A stretch of 41,336 nucleotides of DNA from a candidate division WS6 bacterium OLB20 (GTDB taxonomy: Bacteria; Patescibacteriota; Dojkabacteria; B142; OLB20). The stretch is taken from the NCBI GenBank assembly GCA_001567355.1, contig JYNZ01000003.1, forward strand, positions 136,655 to 177,990, given 5' to 3'. Under the pieces are notes generated by a model. The model was not told where the DNA came from, did not search any database, and saw nothing but the letters and a program-made list of their open reading frames with translations. The translations under genes and the position numbers were made by a program. Positions 1 to 9,859 of this stretch are shown piece after piece (position 1 is the first letter of the stretch; every line of letters begins with the position of its first letter).

Positions 1-1173
1 TCAGCAAATACCACAACCCTGCAGATCAGCAAGAAACTGCGTGAACTTGAGTCGTTTTTTGCAACAAAAATGGGACCCCAGGTTCTTGATTACCTTTTCC
101 TGTTTACCAAAGACGAGTCCGTAAAAGTTGAGTTTCATCAGCTGCCGCCGGATGTCGAAACAGAAGTCCGGCACTATATAGAGCTGGCAGACAGGATAAT
201 GAACGCCTCTGGCATAGAGCCGGCAACTGGTGAGGATGTTCCGCTGCATGAAAAGTTTATCAGCAGACTGCATGACATGTATCTGCTCAGATACGTCGAA
301 GCAAAACGGCAGTTTGCGGAGTACCAGCTTGTCAGAGTCCCGACAAGAACAGAGCAGAGTATCCTTAACCAGATGAACCTGCCCGACAAGGCCGATCATA
401 CCGTACCAGTGTCCATACATTTTCAGATACCGGACGCGTTTGTCATCGATGATGACGGCAATCTTGATGTGCCGGCAACACTTGAAGCAGAGGCAACCGA
501 TCACCAGATCGTCTCGTATTTCAGTGCAATCCCGCTGCTGCCATCATTGACCGCACAGCTGTTCCAGGACCTTGATGACATTACAGTGTTTGAAAACGCC
601 ACGCTCTTTCTTCGTGAAGAACTGATGCATGTAAATGAGATTGTACTGCAGGAGACAATCATCTACCTGACCAGGCGGGTATATGCCTATATGGACAGAG
701 GACAAAGCTGGATACAAGGTGTGGCAAATGTAAAGGAATATCACCGCCAGATCAGCGAAGGGACATCTCCTGATTTTCCACCTGATCTTGCTGATCTGGG
801 GAGTGAAATTGAGCGTCTGCTCTCGGAGGAGCTTGCCGAGATCAAACAGCTCGAACCGCAGACACGGATCACGCTGGTTGAGGAATACAAGGAACTGATT
901 CTGTACTACATACATGCAGGCATCCTGCTGCCGGAGAACTACTACAAGCTTGAGTTCCGTGATCCCAGAGAGTACACGAGGGATGAGCAGCGGTTTAACC
1001 TGCTTTTTGACCTGTACCTGTATAACGATGACGGGGAGCTGCTTCCTGTACCGTTTGAGACATATAACATTGACTTTACGCAGGAATCACGTCAGCAGAT
1101 ATTTGACGCGGTCACCGGCGGACTCGAGAACCCAGACTTTACCCTTACAGAATATCTGTCTGAAGTAAGCTGA
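1..1173 (+). CDS. Hypothetical acidic protein, probably 5'-truncated by the window edge
   Basis: The frame of ORF 70..1173 is open back to base 1 (SANTTTLQISKKLRELESFFATK-MGPQ...). The stop overlaps the next start (TGATG). No family recognised. Confidence 0.75.
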   Translation, partial: SANTTTLQISKKLRELESFFATKMGPQVLDYLFLFTKDESVKVEFHQLPPDVETEVRHYIELADRIMNASGIEPATGEDVPLHEKFISRLHDMYLLRYVEAKRQFAEYQLVRVPTRTEQSILNQMNLPDKADHTVPVSIHFQIPDAFVIDDDGNLDVPATLEAEATDHQIVSYFSAIPLLPSLTAQLFQDLDDITVFENATLFLREELMHVNEIVLQETIIYLTRRVYAYMDRGQSWIQGVANVKEYHRQISEGTSPDFPPDLADLGSEIERLLSEELAEIKQLEPQTRITLVEEYKELILYYIHAGILLPENYYKLEFRDPREYTRDEQRFNLLFDLYLYNDDGELLPVPFETYNIDFTQESRQQIFDAVTGGLENPDFTLTEYLSEVS

Positions 1174-2126
1174 TGAAAAAAAATGCACAGGGACAAATAG
1201 TATCCATAACTTCCACTGATCTTCTGGAAATCCTAACCACCTGGAATGCTGTCAAAGGCAACAAAGCAGGGGTTCCTGAAAGCGCAAACGCAAATGAGCA
1301 GATCCTCAGAGATATGATGCTGATGCTCAGGAGAAACAGGGTACGGGATGGAACCGAAGTGCAGATAATGCAGTTTGCCCAGATCCTTGAGAGGGATCCG
1401 CTGGACCTGTTTGCAGCACTCCTGCAGATAAAGCAGCTCCCATCGCTGCCGGATAAGGGAGAAAGTGTTGAAGGCCTGACACAGCTGACCGCATCCTGGA
1501 CCCGTGCCAAGGCCAGAGCTCAGATTGATGATAAGGTTCTTGACGCGCTCAAACCGCAGCTCAATCTGCCAGGTGTCGATAAACTCAGCATCGCACAGAT
1601 GGAGTCATCAGTGTATTCGCTTATCAGTACAATGAAGTCCACGGGCGAGTACCGACCGACCGAGTTTCAGGCTGCAGCAGTTGCAGTTATGCAGCAGCTG
1701 ATCGGCTACGCTGAAAATGTATCTGACGGTGTATCAGGCGAAAGCATGATCCGGGCTCTTGATATGTTTGATAATCAGCGGCCGCTGCAGGAGGAACTTA
1801 AACTTCAGCAGGCCAGCAAGGAACGTCTGTTCAAGGATATGGCCCGCAGCCAGAATCTGCTGGACGGCCAGAATGCGGCAGTCATGCTGCAGCAGACAAA
1901 GGTTGAAAAACTCGAGAAAGACATTCAGAATGAGATCAGTGCGGGTAGACAGCAGGGGACAGCTATCCAGGTGATCCGTCATGAACTGGAGCTGTCACAG
2001 GAGCAGCTTGGAGTGCATCTGACCGAGATTAAGCGCCTTGCGGCAGAAATTGATGAACAGAAACTCAAAATTGCGGCAATCGATCAGAAAATGCAGGAAT
2101 TACTCAAACGGATTAAAGGCAGATAA
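1173..2126 (+). CDS. Hypothetical helical protein with C-terminal coiled coil
   Basis: 317-aa ORF with a Q/E/L/K-rich heptad-like C-terminal half. Coupled to both neighbours (TGATG, TAATG). Confidence 0.8.
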   Translation: MKKNAQGQIVSITSTDLLEILTTWNAVKGNKAGVPESANANEQILRDMMLMLRRNRVRDGTEVQIMQFAQILERDPLDLFAALLQIKQLPSLPDKGESVEGLTQLTASWTRAKARAQIDDKVLDALKPQLNLPGVDKLSIAQMESSVYSLISTMKSTGEYRPTEFQAAAVAVMQQLIGYAENVSDGVSGESMIRALDMFDNQRPLQEELKLQQASKERLFKDMARSQNLLDGQNAAVMLQQTKVEKLEKDIQNEISAGRQQGTAIQVIRHELELSQEQLGVHLTEIKRLAAEIDEQKLKIAAIDQKMQELLKRIKGR

Positions 2127-5100
2127 TGGCGACAGCAGCGCAGACAAACAACAACATAAACCTGTTTGAGCCACAAATCAGAAAGACTCGCAACGAGCTT
2201 GTCGACATGACACGTCAGGCGGACGAGTTGCTTGCCCGCACCCGTAAACTCCTTGATACTGTCTACAGCACCATGCGCTCTGCTCAGCAGTATCTCTCAA
2301 AGCAGTACCTGACAGATGACGACCAGAAAGCAGCAGAAGCATTGCGTCAGCAGCTTGCTGAGCAAGATGCACAGCAGCCGGCTGCTTCGCAGCAGACAGC
2401 TGGCGTGCAGTCACCCGTGCAGACAACACAACCCGTTGCAGCCGCACCGGCGCCTCAGGCAACCCCGCAACCGCTGCCTCAGCGGGCCCGCGAGTTCAGA
2501 CGTTCGGTGCGGGAGGAAGTCCGTAATCTGTTTGCCGAACCTGCTGATCCACTGTTGCGAGAGGAGCTGAGAAACCGTGAACAAAGACTCCGGATGGCGG
2601 GTAAAAACTGGAGCGCTTTTCTGTTTGATGCTGAAGTCAGGCACGATACTCCTTACAAACGTCGGCAGAAGGAGACGATGGCTGAGTCATGGAATATGAT
2701 CCGGCAGGCTGCTCAGTTGCCCGGAAAAACTATCAATAAGGCTGTGAAAGAGGTCGCGATGAATACCGCGGTTCTGCCCCTCATTGTTGCCAAAAAAGGC
2801 GGAACAGCAGTCTTCAGGTGGAGCGGCCGCCAGGCTGGCAAGTTTGTCGGCAGGCTGTCCGAAGAAGAAATGGCAAGCGAGGGTTATCAGATCAAAAAGT
2901 TCCTCAATCCACGGACTTCACCGGTCAGCAGAATCGCATCCGCCCGTAAAGAAGATCTGAAGCGCTTTCATGACAAGCAGGTGGTGGTCCGCCTCGCAAC
3001 CACAAGACGTGCTGCAAAAAAGAAAAAAGATGATATTCAGAACGCGCTCCAGCAGATGGTGGTTGACGGAATCCTGCGCGGCATCCGGGACTCGATCATG
3101 CGGACTATCGACAATGTTGTCGAAGGTACCAAAAAAGCGTACAGAACCGCCCGCATCGCAACCCGAACAAGGATAATTAATTCGCGTCCTGTCCAGACCG
3201 CTATTAATACTCCGACAGCCCGGAACACGGCAGCATCGCTGCAGCAGATGCGAAATTCTGAAACATATAAAGCAATCTCAACCAGAGCAGGCCGCATGAT
3301 TGAGAGCGCTCCTGAAGCAGTCAGGTCAGTCGGCAGAAACTTTGTCCGGGTCGGCAGCAGAGTAAGCGAAACGAGGCTTGCCCGCTGGACCGGCCAGGCT
3401 GGCGAATACGTGGGTACCAAAGCAGTACAGGCAGCAAAGGCAACGCCCGGCTTTGTACGTAAACTGCCAAGCCGCAGCTGGAAGCTGTTTAAAGGTGGTG
3501 TCGAACGTGTACCTGCTGCTGCAAGCGGTGTGACACGCGGAGCGCTTGCGGGAGGAACAGCATTTGTAGTCCTGGGTGCCGGCACACCGGCAGCACTTGC
3601 TGGCGCTGCTGTCTTTGCAACCACAGCTGCAGTAACGTATCGTGCCTCACGACTGACAACACTTGATACAAAAAATCTTAAGACAGCAACCTTTGACTGG
3701 GACCCGGATGCCTTTAAAAACGGCAGGGTGAGTGCAGATGTGCAGCGGCAGATCACCGAGCGCGGCAATATTTACCGGGGAGCAACAAGAGTTTTCAGAG
3801 CGCTTGATGCAGGCTTCACTTACGGCTCACTCGGAGCACTCGCAGCAACTTTGTTAGGTGGCAACGCGTTGCTTGGAGCGGGAGCAGGTTTTGCAATCGG
3901 TGCAGGCGGCAGATATCTGATCGACCGCTATGTGGGCAGAGGAGTTGCCGGCATGCTGCAGGGCAAGGCTGGTTTTCTGGCCAAGCTTGCTGCACTGCCA
4001 AGTCACTCTGTCTTAAACCAGACATTAAGCAACCAGTGGTTTATCGAAGAGATAAGACGCGTAAACAGCGAGTACAAAGGCGACTTCAGCCGCTATCTCC
4101 AGGAGAACTGGACCTTTGGCGGCGGTGGAGGAGCACTTGGAGACATTGGAGTCTTCACCAACTACATAGGTGCTGCGGCATATATTTCCTCGTCAAATTC
4201 TCTTATGTCGACTGTGTTCCGGAACTCATTAGGTTCCGGAGGCAGATGGGCTGCCTGGGGCAGTGCATCGCGCAATGTTCTCTCACGGTTTGGTCTTACT
4301 ACAACGCCCTTTCAACCAGGCGGACTCACACTTGGCAATGTCGGCCGTGCCCTTGGAAATATCGTTAAAGCCCCATTTCAGGCGCTCGTCAGCGCACCGG
4401 TTTCGCTGGTTACAAACCCGCTTACAATCGGCATGGTTGCAGGCACGGTTATCGGATCACTACTTGGTGCCGGACTTGGTGCCGGTCCAGGGGCTTTGCT
4501 TGGAGCTGCAATAGGTTCGACCGTCGGTGCCATCGCCGGAGGAGTGATTGCAGGTGCACTTGGTATCGGCACCGGAGGTGTCGGTTTTGCTCTGACAACT
4601 GTTGTTGTAACGGTCACCACTACAGTCGGGCAGTTGTTCGGGCAGTTTATCGGCAACCTGTTTGATACTGCAGTAAATGATGTTGTTGAGAGTTTTACAA
4701 GCAGAATCTCCGGCTTCTTCAACAGTCTGATGGGTATTCTCAACCTTCTGCGTCTTATGACTCAGGGTATCAGCCCCGAAAACGCACTGTCTGCACTGAT
4801 GGGACTTATTGCCCTGTTACAGGTGATAGAACGAAACTCCGAGCAAGGTGGAGAAAACAAGGCAATCGAGGACACGAGATCTGATGAGGCACGCATTCAT
4901 GGCGAAACAAGAGCAGGAGGCTTCATCAGACTTGAACACTACAACATCGCACTTCTCGATACAGAGACTGAATCATGGACAGATGAACGCATCATGATAC
5001 TTATGCAGGCACTCGAGCAGAAGCCTGATGCATTCACACGGCAGGGTGAGCAGGTGGTTCTCGCCATCGGTCGCGAAGACGCGCTGGCGGATGACGGGTT

Positions 5101-5191
5101 TACACTCATTTACATTCAGCCCGAGGCATTTAATCTGGGCTACCGTCCGGACTATATTCTGGGATATGCACAGCAGGCACTGCTGCAGTAG
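2126..5191 (+). CDS. Large hypothetical protein: basic helical N-terminal half, Gly/Ala-rich hydrophobic GxxxG segments in the C-terminal half
   Basis: 1021-aa ORF with several hydrophobic Gly blocks, e.g. GMVAGTVIGSLLGAGLGAGPGALLGAAIGSTVGAIAGGVIAGALG. Confidence 0.8.
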   Translation: MATAAQTNNNINLFEPQIRKTRNELVDMTRQADELLARTRKLLDTVYSTMRSAQQYLSKQYLTDDDQKAAEALRQQLAEQDAQQPAASQQTAGVQSPVQTTQPVAAAPAPQATPQPLPQRAREFRRSVREEVRNLFAEPADPLLREELRNREQRLRMAGKNWSAFLFDAEVRHDTPYKRRQKETMAESWNMIRQAAQLPGKTINKAVKEVAMNTAVLPLIVAKKGGTAVFRWSGRQAGKFVGRLSEEEMASEGYQIKKFLNPRTSPVSRIASARKEDLKRFHDKQVVVRLATTRRAAKKKKDDIQNALQQMVVDGILRGIRDSIMRTIDNVVEGTKKAYRTARIATRTRIINSRPVQTAINTPTARNTAASLQQMRNSETYKAISTRAGRMIESAPEAVRSVGRNFVRVGSRVSETRLARWTGQAGEYVGTKAVQAAKATPGFVRKLPSRSWKLFKGGVERVPAAASGVTRGALAGGTAFVVLGAGTPAALAGAAVFATTAAVTYRASRLTTLDTKNLKTATFDWDPDAFKNGRVSADVQRQITERGNIYRGATRVFRALDAGFTYGSLGALAATLLGGNALLGAGAGFAIGAGGRYLIDRYVGRGVAGMLQGKAGFLAKLAALPSHSVLNQTLSNQWFIEEIRRVNSEYKGDFSRYLQENWTFGGGGGALGDIGVFTNYIGAAAYISSSNSLMSTVFRNSLGSGGRWAAWGSASRNVLSRFGLTTTPFQPGGLTLGNVGRALGNIVKAPFQALVSAPVSLVTNPLTIGMVAGTVIGSLLGAGLGAGPGALLGAAIGSTVGAIAGGVIAGALGIGTGGVGFALTTVVVTVTTTVGQLFGQFIGNLFDTAVNDVVESFTSRISGFFNSLMGILNLLRLMTQGISPENALSALMGLIALLQVIERNSEQGGENKAIEDTRSDEARIHGETRAGGFIRLEHYNIALLDTETESWTDERIMILMQALEQKPDAFTRQGEQVVLAIGREDALADDGFTLIYIQPEAFNLGYRPDYILGYAQQALLQ

Positions 5192-5197
5192 TTCAAA

Positions 5198-7165
5198 TTA
5201 CTGATCCTGATCGTTTTGTGAGGCAAGACCGTAACTGCCGTATGGCTTTGCGTTGTCATTATCCACCTTATCTGTGTACCCCATATCCGTGCCACCGGGA
5301 CCCACCGGCGAACTTGCTGTATCACTGTCTGCACTTTTTAGCCAGTCCGGGATCTCTTCATCATCGCTGTAAATACTCGGCATCGATACCTCCGGAGAAT
5401 CGAATGAGCCCATTCCTGTATCAGCGGTGACCGGCTCAGGAGTCGCAAACTGATCTTCTGATCCGACAGTCTGAGATCCGATTGAGGGTTCAAAGCTTTC
5501 TGACACAGGAGGTGGTGAATATGTCTGCACAGGTTCGCTGTATGCGGGCACATCCGGATTAGGGACAAGCGGAGCCGGCTCAGTGTATGTCGGGCTGTAG
5601 TCGTAACTTGTTGTCTGCGGATAGCTTTCCGGTGCGTAAACAGACTGTTCACGTCTGCGGGATATCAGAGTATAGGCAAGCCACGGAATAATCAGAAGCA
5701 GCAGTCCGCAGCAAAGTATCAGCAGCGCCAGCGAGAGCGTATCCCCGCTGAGGTTATCCCAGGGGTAGGTCACACCGCTGCCGGAACCATCAGGGACTGA
5801 ATCCGGAACCGAGTCAGGCGTAGAATCAGGATCGTCTCCGACCGAGAAAAACCACTCCTTAACAGTTGTTCCCCCATCGCTGTCGGTAACGCTGACTGTT
5901 ATCTTGTGCCGGCCCGGAGCGAGATCCTCAGGTACTTCACAGGTGAAATCCGGGGCATCAAAATCACAGCCACTGAGCTCGGATCCGTCAAGAGTAACAC
6001 TGATATCCTCATTCAGCACCTCAGTGCCCTCTGGTGCGGTAATCTGCAGTTCAATGACCGGTCGCCTGTCAGCACTGACCGAGTCCTCTGCCGGGGATAC
6101 TATTACTACTGAAGGCACCTGCTCGCCACCCTGGGTGTCATTGCTGAGGGTAAACTCTTCACTGATTTTTTCGAACGTATTGCCACTGTTGTCTCTGACA
6201 ACCAGCCTGAGCCGGTACTGTCCCGATTCAAGACCGGTAATATCCCAGTCATAGGTCCCTGGATTACCGGTAAAGCTTTGCAGCTGTGTCCAGTCGTCAC
6301 CGTCCTGTGCATAAGAAAGTGTAAGAGAGGAGGGTGAAACCCTGGTTATCGTCCATGAAACGGTTGTATTATCCTTTGTAATTACCACATCCGAGGTCGG
6401 TGAAGTAAACGTGATCTCGGGTTCTGTCACCTGCGGCGGAACAACATTTAGTGTAAACCGCTGCGTGGCAGAGCCTCCAAAGCCATCAGTAACAGTCACC
6501 GTGATATCGTAATTACCAGGGGTATTGATCGGACTGTTGGTATAGATCTGACCGGTAGTACGGTTCATATACAGGAAGAAATCGCCCCCTTTATCGATCA
6601 CGTAGGTAAGAGAATGTCCGTCAGGATCGTTTGCAGCAACCTGATAGGTAAAGTCAGCACCTGTCGTAATAGTCATTGCCGGCGGCTGCGAGGTGATAAC
6701 GGGAGAGCGGTTGGTATTGCCGATTATCACAGTATGCTTGTCGCAGAGCGTATAAAAATTGTTCGGTGTCTCACGGAATGTCGCGCAGGCGCGCAGGCAG
6801 TAGTATCCGTCAGGTATTGAACTCCTGTTCACGATCGGACCGTCAGTATCCCATGACTGTGTGTACGTCTGCCCCTGAACTGAAGCGGTTTTGGTACCGT
6901 TTGCTATGGTACCGAAAAACCCGCCATTTGCACTGCATGACTGCGAGAACAGATCAATCTGAAATGGGAGGTCAGATTTGTCAGCCTCCTTCATAAACCA
7001 GGATATCTGGCGCACGCCGGTCACAACGGCATTGTTTACCGGTGATGCAATGTAGATCTCGTCATTCCCTTTGCTGACTGCAAGGACGGGGCCAAGAACA
7101 CCGGCCGCAGCAATAAGGGAGGCGGCAGAAATCAGTACACGGACTGTCAGCATCAGCTGTTTCAT
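5198..7165 (-). CDS. Surface protein with Ig-like/cadherin-like domains, a TM anchor and an acidic Pro-rich tail
   Basis: N-terminal signal-like stretch; NRSPVITSQP...FTYQVAANDPDGHSLTY (putative Ig/cadherin repeat); GRHKITVSVTDSDG (Big-type); TM segment LALLILCCGLLLLIIPWLAY followed by RRR. Confidence 0.8.
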   Translation of the reverse strand: MKQLMLTVRVLISAASLIAAAGVLGPVLAVSKGNDEIYIASPVNNAVVTGVRQISWFMKEADKSDLPFQIDLFSQSCSANGGFFGTIANGTKTASVQGQTYTQSWDTDGPIVNRSSIPDGYYCLRACATFRETPNNFYTLCDKHTVIIGNTNRSPVITSQPPAMTITTGADFTYQVAANDPDGHSLTYVIDKGGDFFLYMNRTTGQIYTNSPINTPGNYDITVTVTDGFGGSATQRFTLNVVPPQVTEPEITFTSPTSDVVITKDNTTVSWTITRVSPSSLTLSYAQDGDDWTQLQSFTGNPGTYDWDITGLESGQYRLRLVVRDNSGNTFEKISEEFTLSNDTQGGEQVPSVVIVSPAEDSVSADRRPVIELQITAPEGTEVLNEDISVTLDGSELSGCDFDAPDFTCEVPEDLAPGRHKITVSVTDSDGGTTVKEWFFSVGDDPDSTPDSVPDSVPDGSGSGVTYPWDNLSGDTLSLALLILCCGLLLLIIPWLAYTLISRRREQSVYAPESYPQTTSYDYSPTYTEPAPLVPNPDVPAYSEPVQTYSPPPVSESFEPSIGSQTVGSEDQFATPEPVTADTGMGSFDSPEVSMPSIYSDDEEIPDWLKSADSDTASSPVGPGGTDMGYTDKVDNDNAKPYGSYGLASQNDQDQ

Positions 7166-8520
7166 TCTTCCTCCTCTTGCGGTTTATACAGATTAGTTAC
7201 AGTTTCCTGCGCATTATTCAGGTCCTGATCTCCCAGAAGCACCTGGTCAAACGCAGCCTTGACCCTGTCACCATCTGGAATACGCCAGTTCCTGCTGTTG
7301 GCAAGTGCCTGCATATACGGGCCCAGCAGTTCATTTGCCTCAGGATCGTTTGTTATTTCTCCCGCCATGCTAATCCTCGGGTAGAGAATGCCGATCGGTC
7401 TTCCATTTGCTTTAACTGTCTGATCAAGCGTTTTCAGCTGTTCGGCCTGTGTGATGAACTGGAGAAAATCCCATGCCACCGCAGTGTTCGAACTCTCTTT
7501 TGATACAGTCTGTCCCCAATAGGTCGGCCAGTAGATTTCCTCATCATTATTAATACTGCCCAGCTGTGGTACGGGTGCCACACCGACATCAATCCCCAGA
7601 TTATATTCTTCATTATATTCAAGAACATCAATCAACCGCCAGCTTGGAGCAGCATACATCGCAAGTTTCTTTTCAAGAAAGCTGGCAATATCGATTTTCT
7701 GATCTTCTGTCCAGACACCGGCAGAACCGACAAAACTCCGGTAAAAGGTCAGGGCCTCATCAGCTTTACCGATCTGCGCATCACTGGCAAATGTCGCCGT
7801 ACCTGCACCGTTTGTCATCTGGACACCGTTCTGGAGCAGAAGCAGGTTAAACATATCAAAATTAAACTCTGTATTGTTCGGAAAAACTGCCGAAAAACCG
7901 GAACTGATGATCCTGTTGTTAGCATCCCGTCTGGTAAGATTTTTTGCCTGAGTTGAAAACTCAAGCCAGTCATCACTCGGGAACGTATACAGCGCCTCCT
8001 GCAGCTTTGCCTTGTTGTAAATGATAGCCAGCGCATCCATGTAGACCGGAATCGCGAGCAGCCGGTCGTTGTAGGCAAAGTCAGAGGTAACAACAGGATA
8101 AAAGTCCTGCAGATCAGCCGGCGTGAATGTATTTGACGGAGCGGGGGAGACATACTTTTCGTAGACAGTCATCCAGCTGTTATGCACGGTAAAAATATCC
8201 GGCGTGCTAAGCGCATTGTTATCATTGAGGACAACATCAAGCTCTGAGCGGTATCCCTCAACACCATTTCTGACGCCGCGCTGGTCGTACTGGATCGTCA
8301 CATTCGGATGAAGGTTCTCGTATGCATCAATCAATGGACGGACGTTTTCCTCGGGTTCAAACAGATTCCACCAGATCAGAATAGTCTCTTCAGTTGATCC
8401 GCCAGGAGTAGGCGTAGGGTTTACCTGCTGGTTACCGCCACCTGTGCAGGCAGCCAGCGTTACAGCAAGAACTACGGCGGTTGCGGTGTATTTACTCAGC
8501 AGTTGTTTCATTCTGTTCAT
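7162..8520 (-). CDS. Extracellular solute-binding lipoprotein (family 1, sugar ABC type)
   Basis: Lipobox-like LAAC; motifs IDAYENLHPNVTIQY, PDIF, AIPVYMDALAIIYNK, AWDFLQFIT. Start ATG at 8520 or 8511 is uncertain. Confidence 0.85.
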   Translation of the reverse strand: MNRMKQLLSKYTATAVVLAVTLAACTGGGNQQVNPTPTPGGSTEETILIWWNLFEPEENVRPLIDAYENLHPNVTIQYDQRGVRNGVEGYRSELDVVLNDNNALSTPDIFTVHNSWMTVYEKYVSPAPSNTFTPADLQDFYPVVTSDFAYNDRLLAIPVYMDALAIIYNKAKLQEALYTFPSDDWLEFSTQAKNLTRRDANNRIISSGFSAVFPNNTEFNFDMFNLLLLQNGVQMTNGAGTATFASDAQIGKADEALTFYRSFVGSAGVWTEDQKIDIASFLEKKLAMYAAPSWRLIDVLEYNEEYNLGIDVGVAPVPQLGSINNDEEIYWPTYWGQTVSKESSNTAVAWDFLQFITQAEQLKTLDQTVKANGRPIGILYPRISMAGEITNDPEANELLGPYMQALANSRNWRIPDGDRVKAAFDQVLLGDQDLNNAQETVTNLYKPQEEEE

Positions 8521-9814
8521 TGTAGTTGAGTTCAACATTTGTTACTAACCGGTCACCCACCTTGACAGCAAATACTGTCCATATCTGTCCGCGCACCAGC
8601 TCAATCTCGTTTCCGTCCGAATCGAAGTAACGGGCACGCTCCAGCCGGTCATCCTTCTTCCAGGTTCCTTCAATTACCTGCCCGTCACGCAAGATTACGG
8701 CCCTGTCTTCACCAAGCATGTCAATGATTATCCGGTTGTGTCCGTCATTTGCCTCGCCGTAGTTGTGCCATTCAATTATCACATTCTTGGGAGCAATCTG
8801 CTCTCCGGTGAGCAGATCAATATCCTCGCGTCCTGCGATAAAGCGCTTATAGGTGTTGCTGGCCTTGTCATAAACAAACCTTGCAGCGTAATCATTGCGG
8901 GCCAGAGACAGAAACGCAATGTCAACAGATGCAAAGTTTCCGCGTTCTGTCACCGGAGCGTCATGCTTGAATTTCAATGGTTTAATACTCTGCGCACCAT
9001 AATCCCATGATCCCGACAGGCGCTGCAACTCTTTATTTATCAGCGAGAAATCGGTGTACAGCGAGTGCACATAGCCTGAAGAGCGTGCTTTTGCAGAATC
9101 TCTGTATCTGCTTCCGGCCGACTGTAGTGATTTAAGCCCCCAGCGGTAAATGGCGCCACGGGCATCTGCCTCTTCGCGGTACGTCTCCCATGGTGCATTA
9201 TCATATCCCGCCTGTCCTTCGTGCAGAATGACCGGGTCAGCAAATGCCGAAACAAACATAATCATGTAGTAACGCAGACTGCGCACCGGTCCGATCTTTT
9301 CGACATCCCTGTGCTGGAGGTATACAGGTACATATCGAGTGATACCTCCTTCAGCAAGAAATTCACCAACGATATCGGCTTTTGAAAGACCATGCTGCGG
9401 CCTTGCTGCCGTGTGGTTATTTATGGTTATCGCAACAGGATGCTGAACGATCATTTGATCGTACGCGTCTTTGGTCATAAGTGTTCCATTTATAGGGTTT
9501 TCATGATCCTTAATCTGGGCCGGGAGCGAAACTGACTCCAGCACAATATCTTCGGCAGCAGCTGGCGGTATAATTCTGAACTCGGTGTCAAGGTCGATCG
9601 GTGTCCGACGTTGTAGCACAGAATCAGCTGCAACAAATCCCGTGAAGACAACGATGAACAGAACCACAAGTGCCGCAAACCGCGCCAGCATCCTAACACT
9701 CAGGCGCAGCGGAACAGGTCTGAAGTTCTTCTGCTTTGAAGGAATTGTCGCCTTATCGAGCGTAACCCGAATTGCACGCTTGTCAGAGCTGCTTCTCTTG
9801 TTCATAATATCCAT
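8492..9814 (-). CDS. DUF3048 (YerB-like) membrane-anchored protein
   Basis: Motifs PVAITINNHTAARPQHGLSKADIVGEFLAEGGITRY, KIGPVRSLR and IELVRGQIW; N-terminal TM helix. Confidence 0.85.
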   Translation of the reverse strand: MDIMNKRSSSDKRAIRVTLDKATIPSKQKNFRPVPLRLSVRMLARFAALVVLFIVVFTGFVAADSVLQRRTPIDLDTEFRIIPPAAAEDIVLESVSLPAQIKDHENPINGTLMTKDAYDQMIVQHPVAITINNHTAARPQHGLSKADIVGEFLAEGGITRYVPVYLQHRDVEKIGPVRSLRYYMIMFVSAFADPVILHEGQAGYDNAPWETYREEADARGAIYRWGLKSLQSAGSRYRDSAKARSSGYVHSLYTDFSLINKELQRLSGSWDYGAQSIKPLKFKHDAPVTERGNFASVDIAFLSLARNDYAARFVYDKASNTYKRFIAGREDIDLLTGEQIAPKNVIIEWHNYGEANDGHNRIIIDMLGEDRAVILRDGQVIEGTWKKDDRLERARYFDSDGNEIELVRGQIWTVFAVKVGDRLVTNVELNYNEQNETTAE

Positions 9815-9859
9815 AGTACATTCAATCTGATTTCTTTTCTAGATTTTACATGCTGCCGC

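Noticed and set aside
3037-3768. Long antisense ORFs (also 17597..18235, 23902..24591, 27372..27983, 35885..36535)
   Set aside because: Shadow frames of well-supported genes on the opposite strand.
2126-5191. Prophage tape-measure gene
   Set aside because: No phage structural, integrase or lysis genes in the window; cannot be excluded for sequence upstream of base 1.
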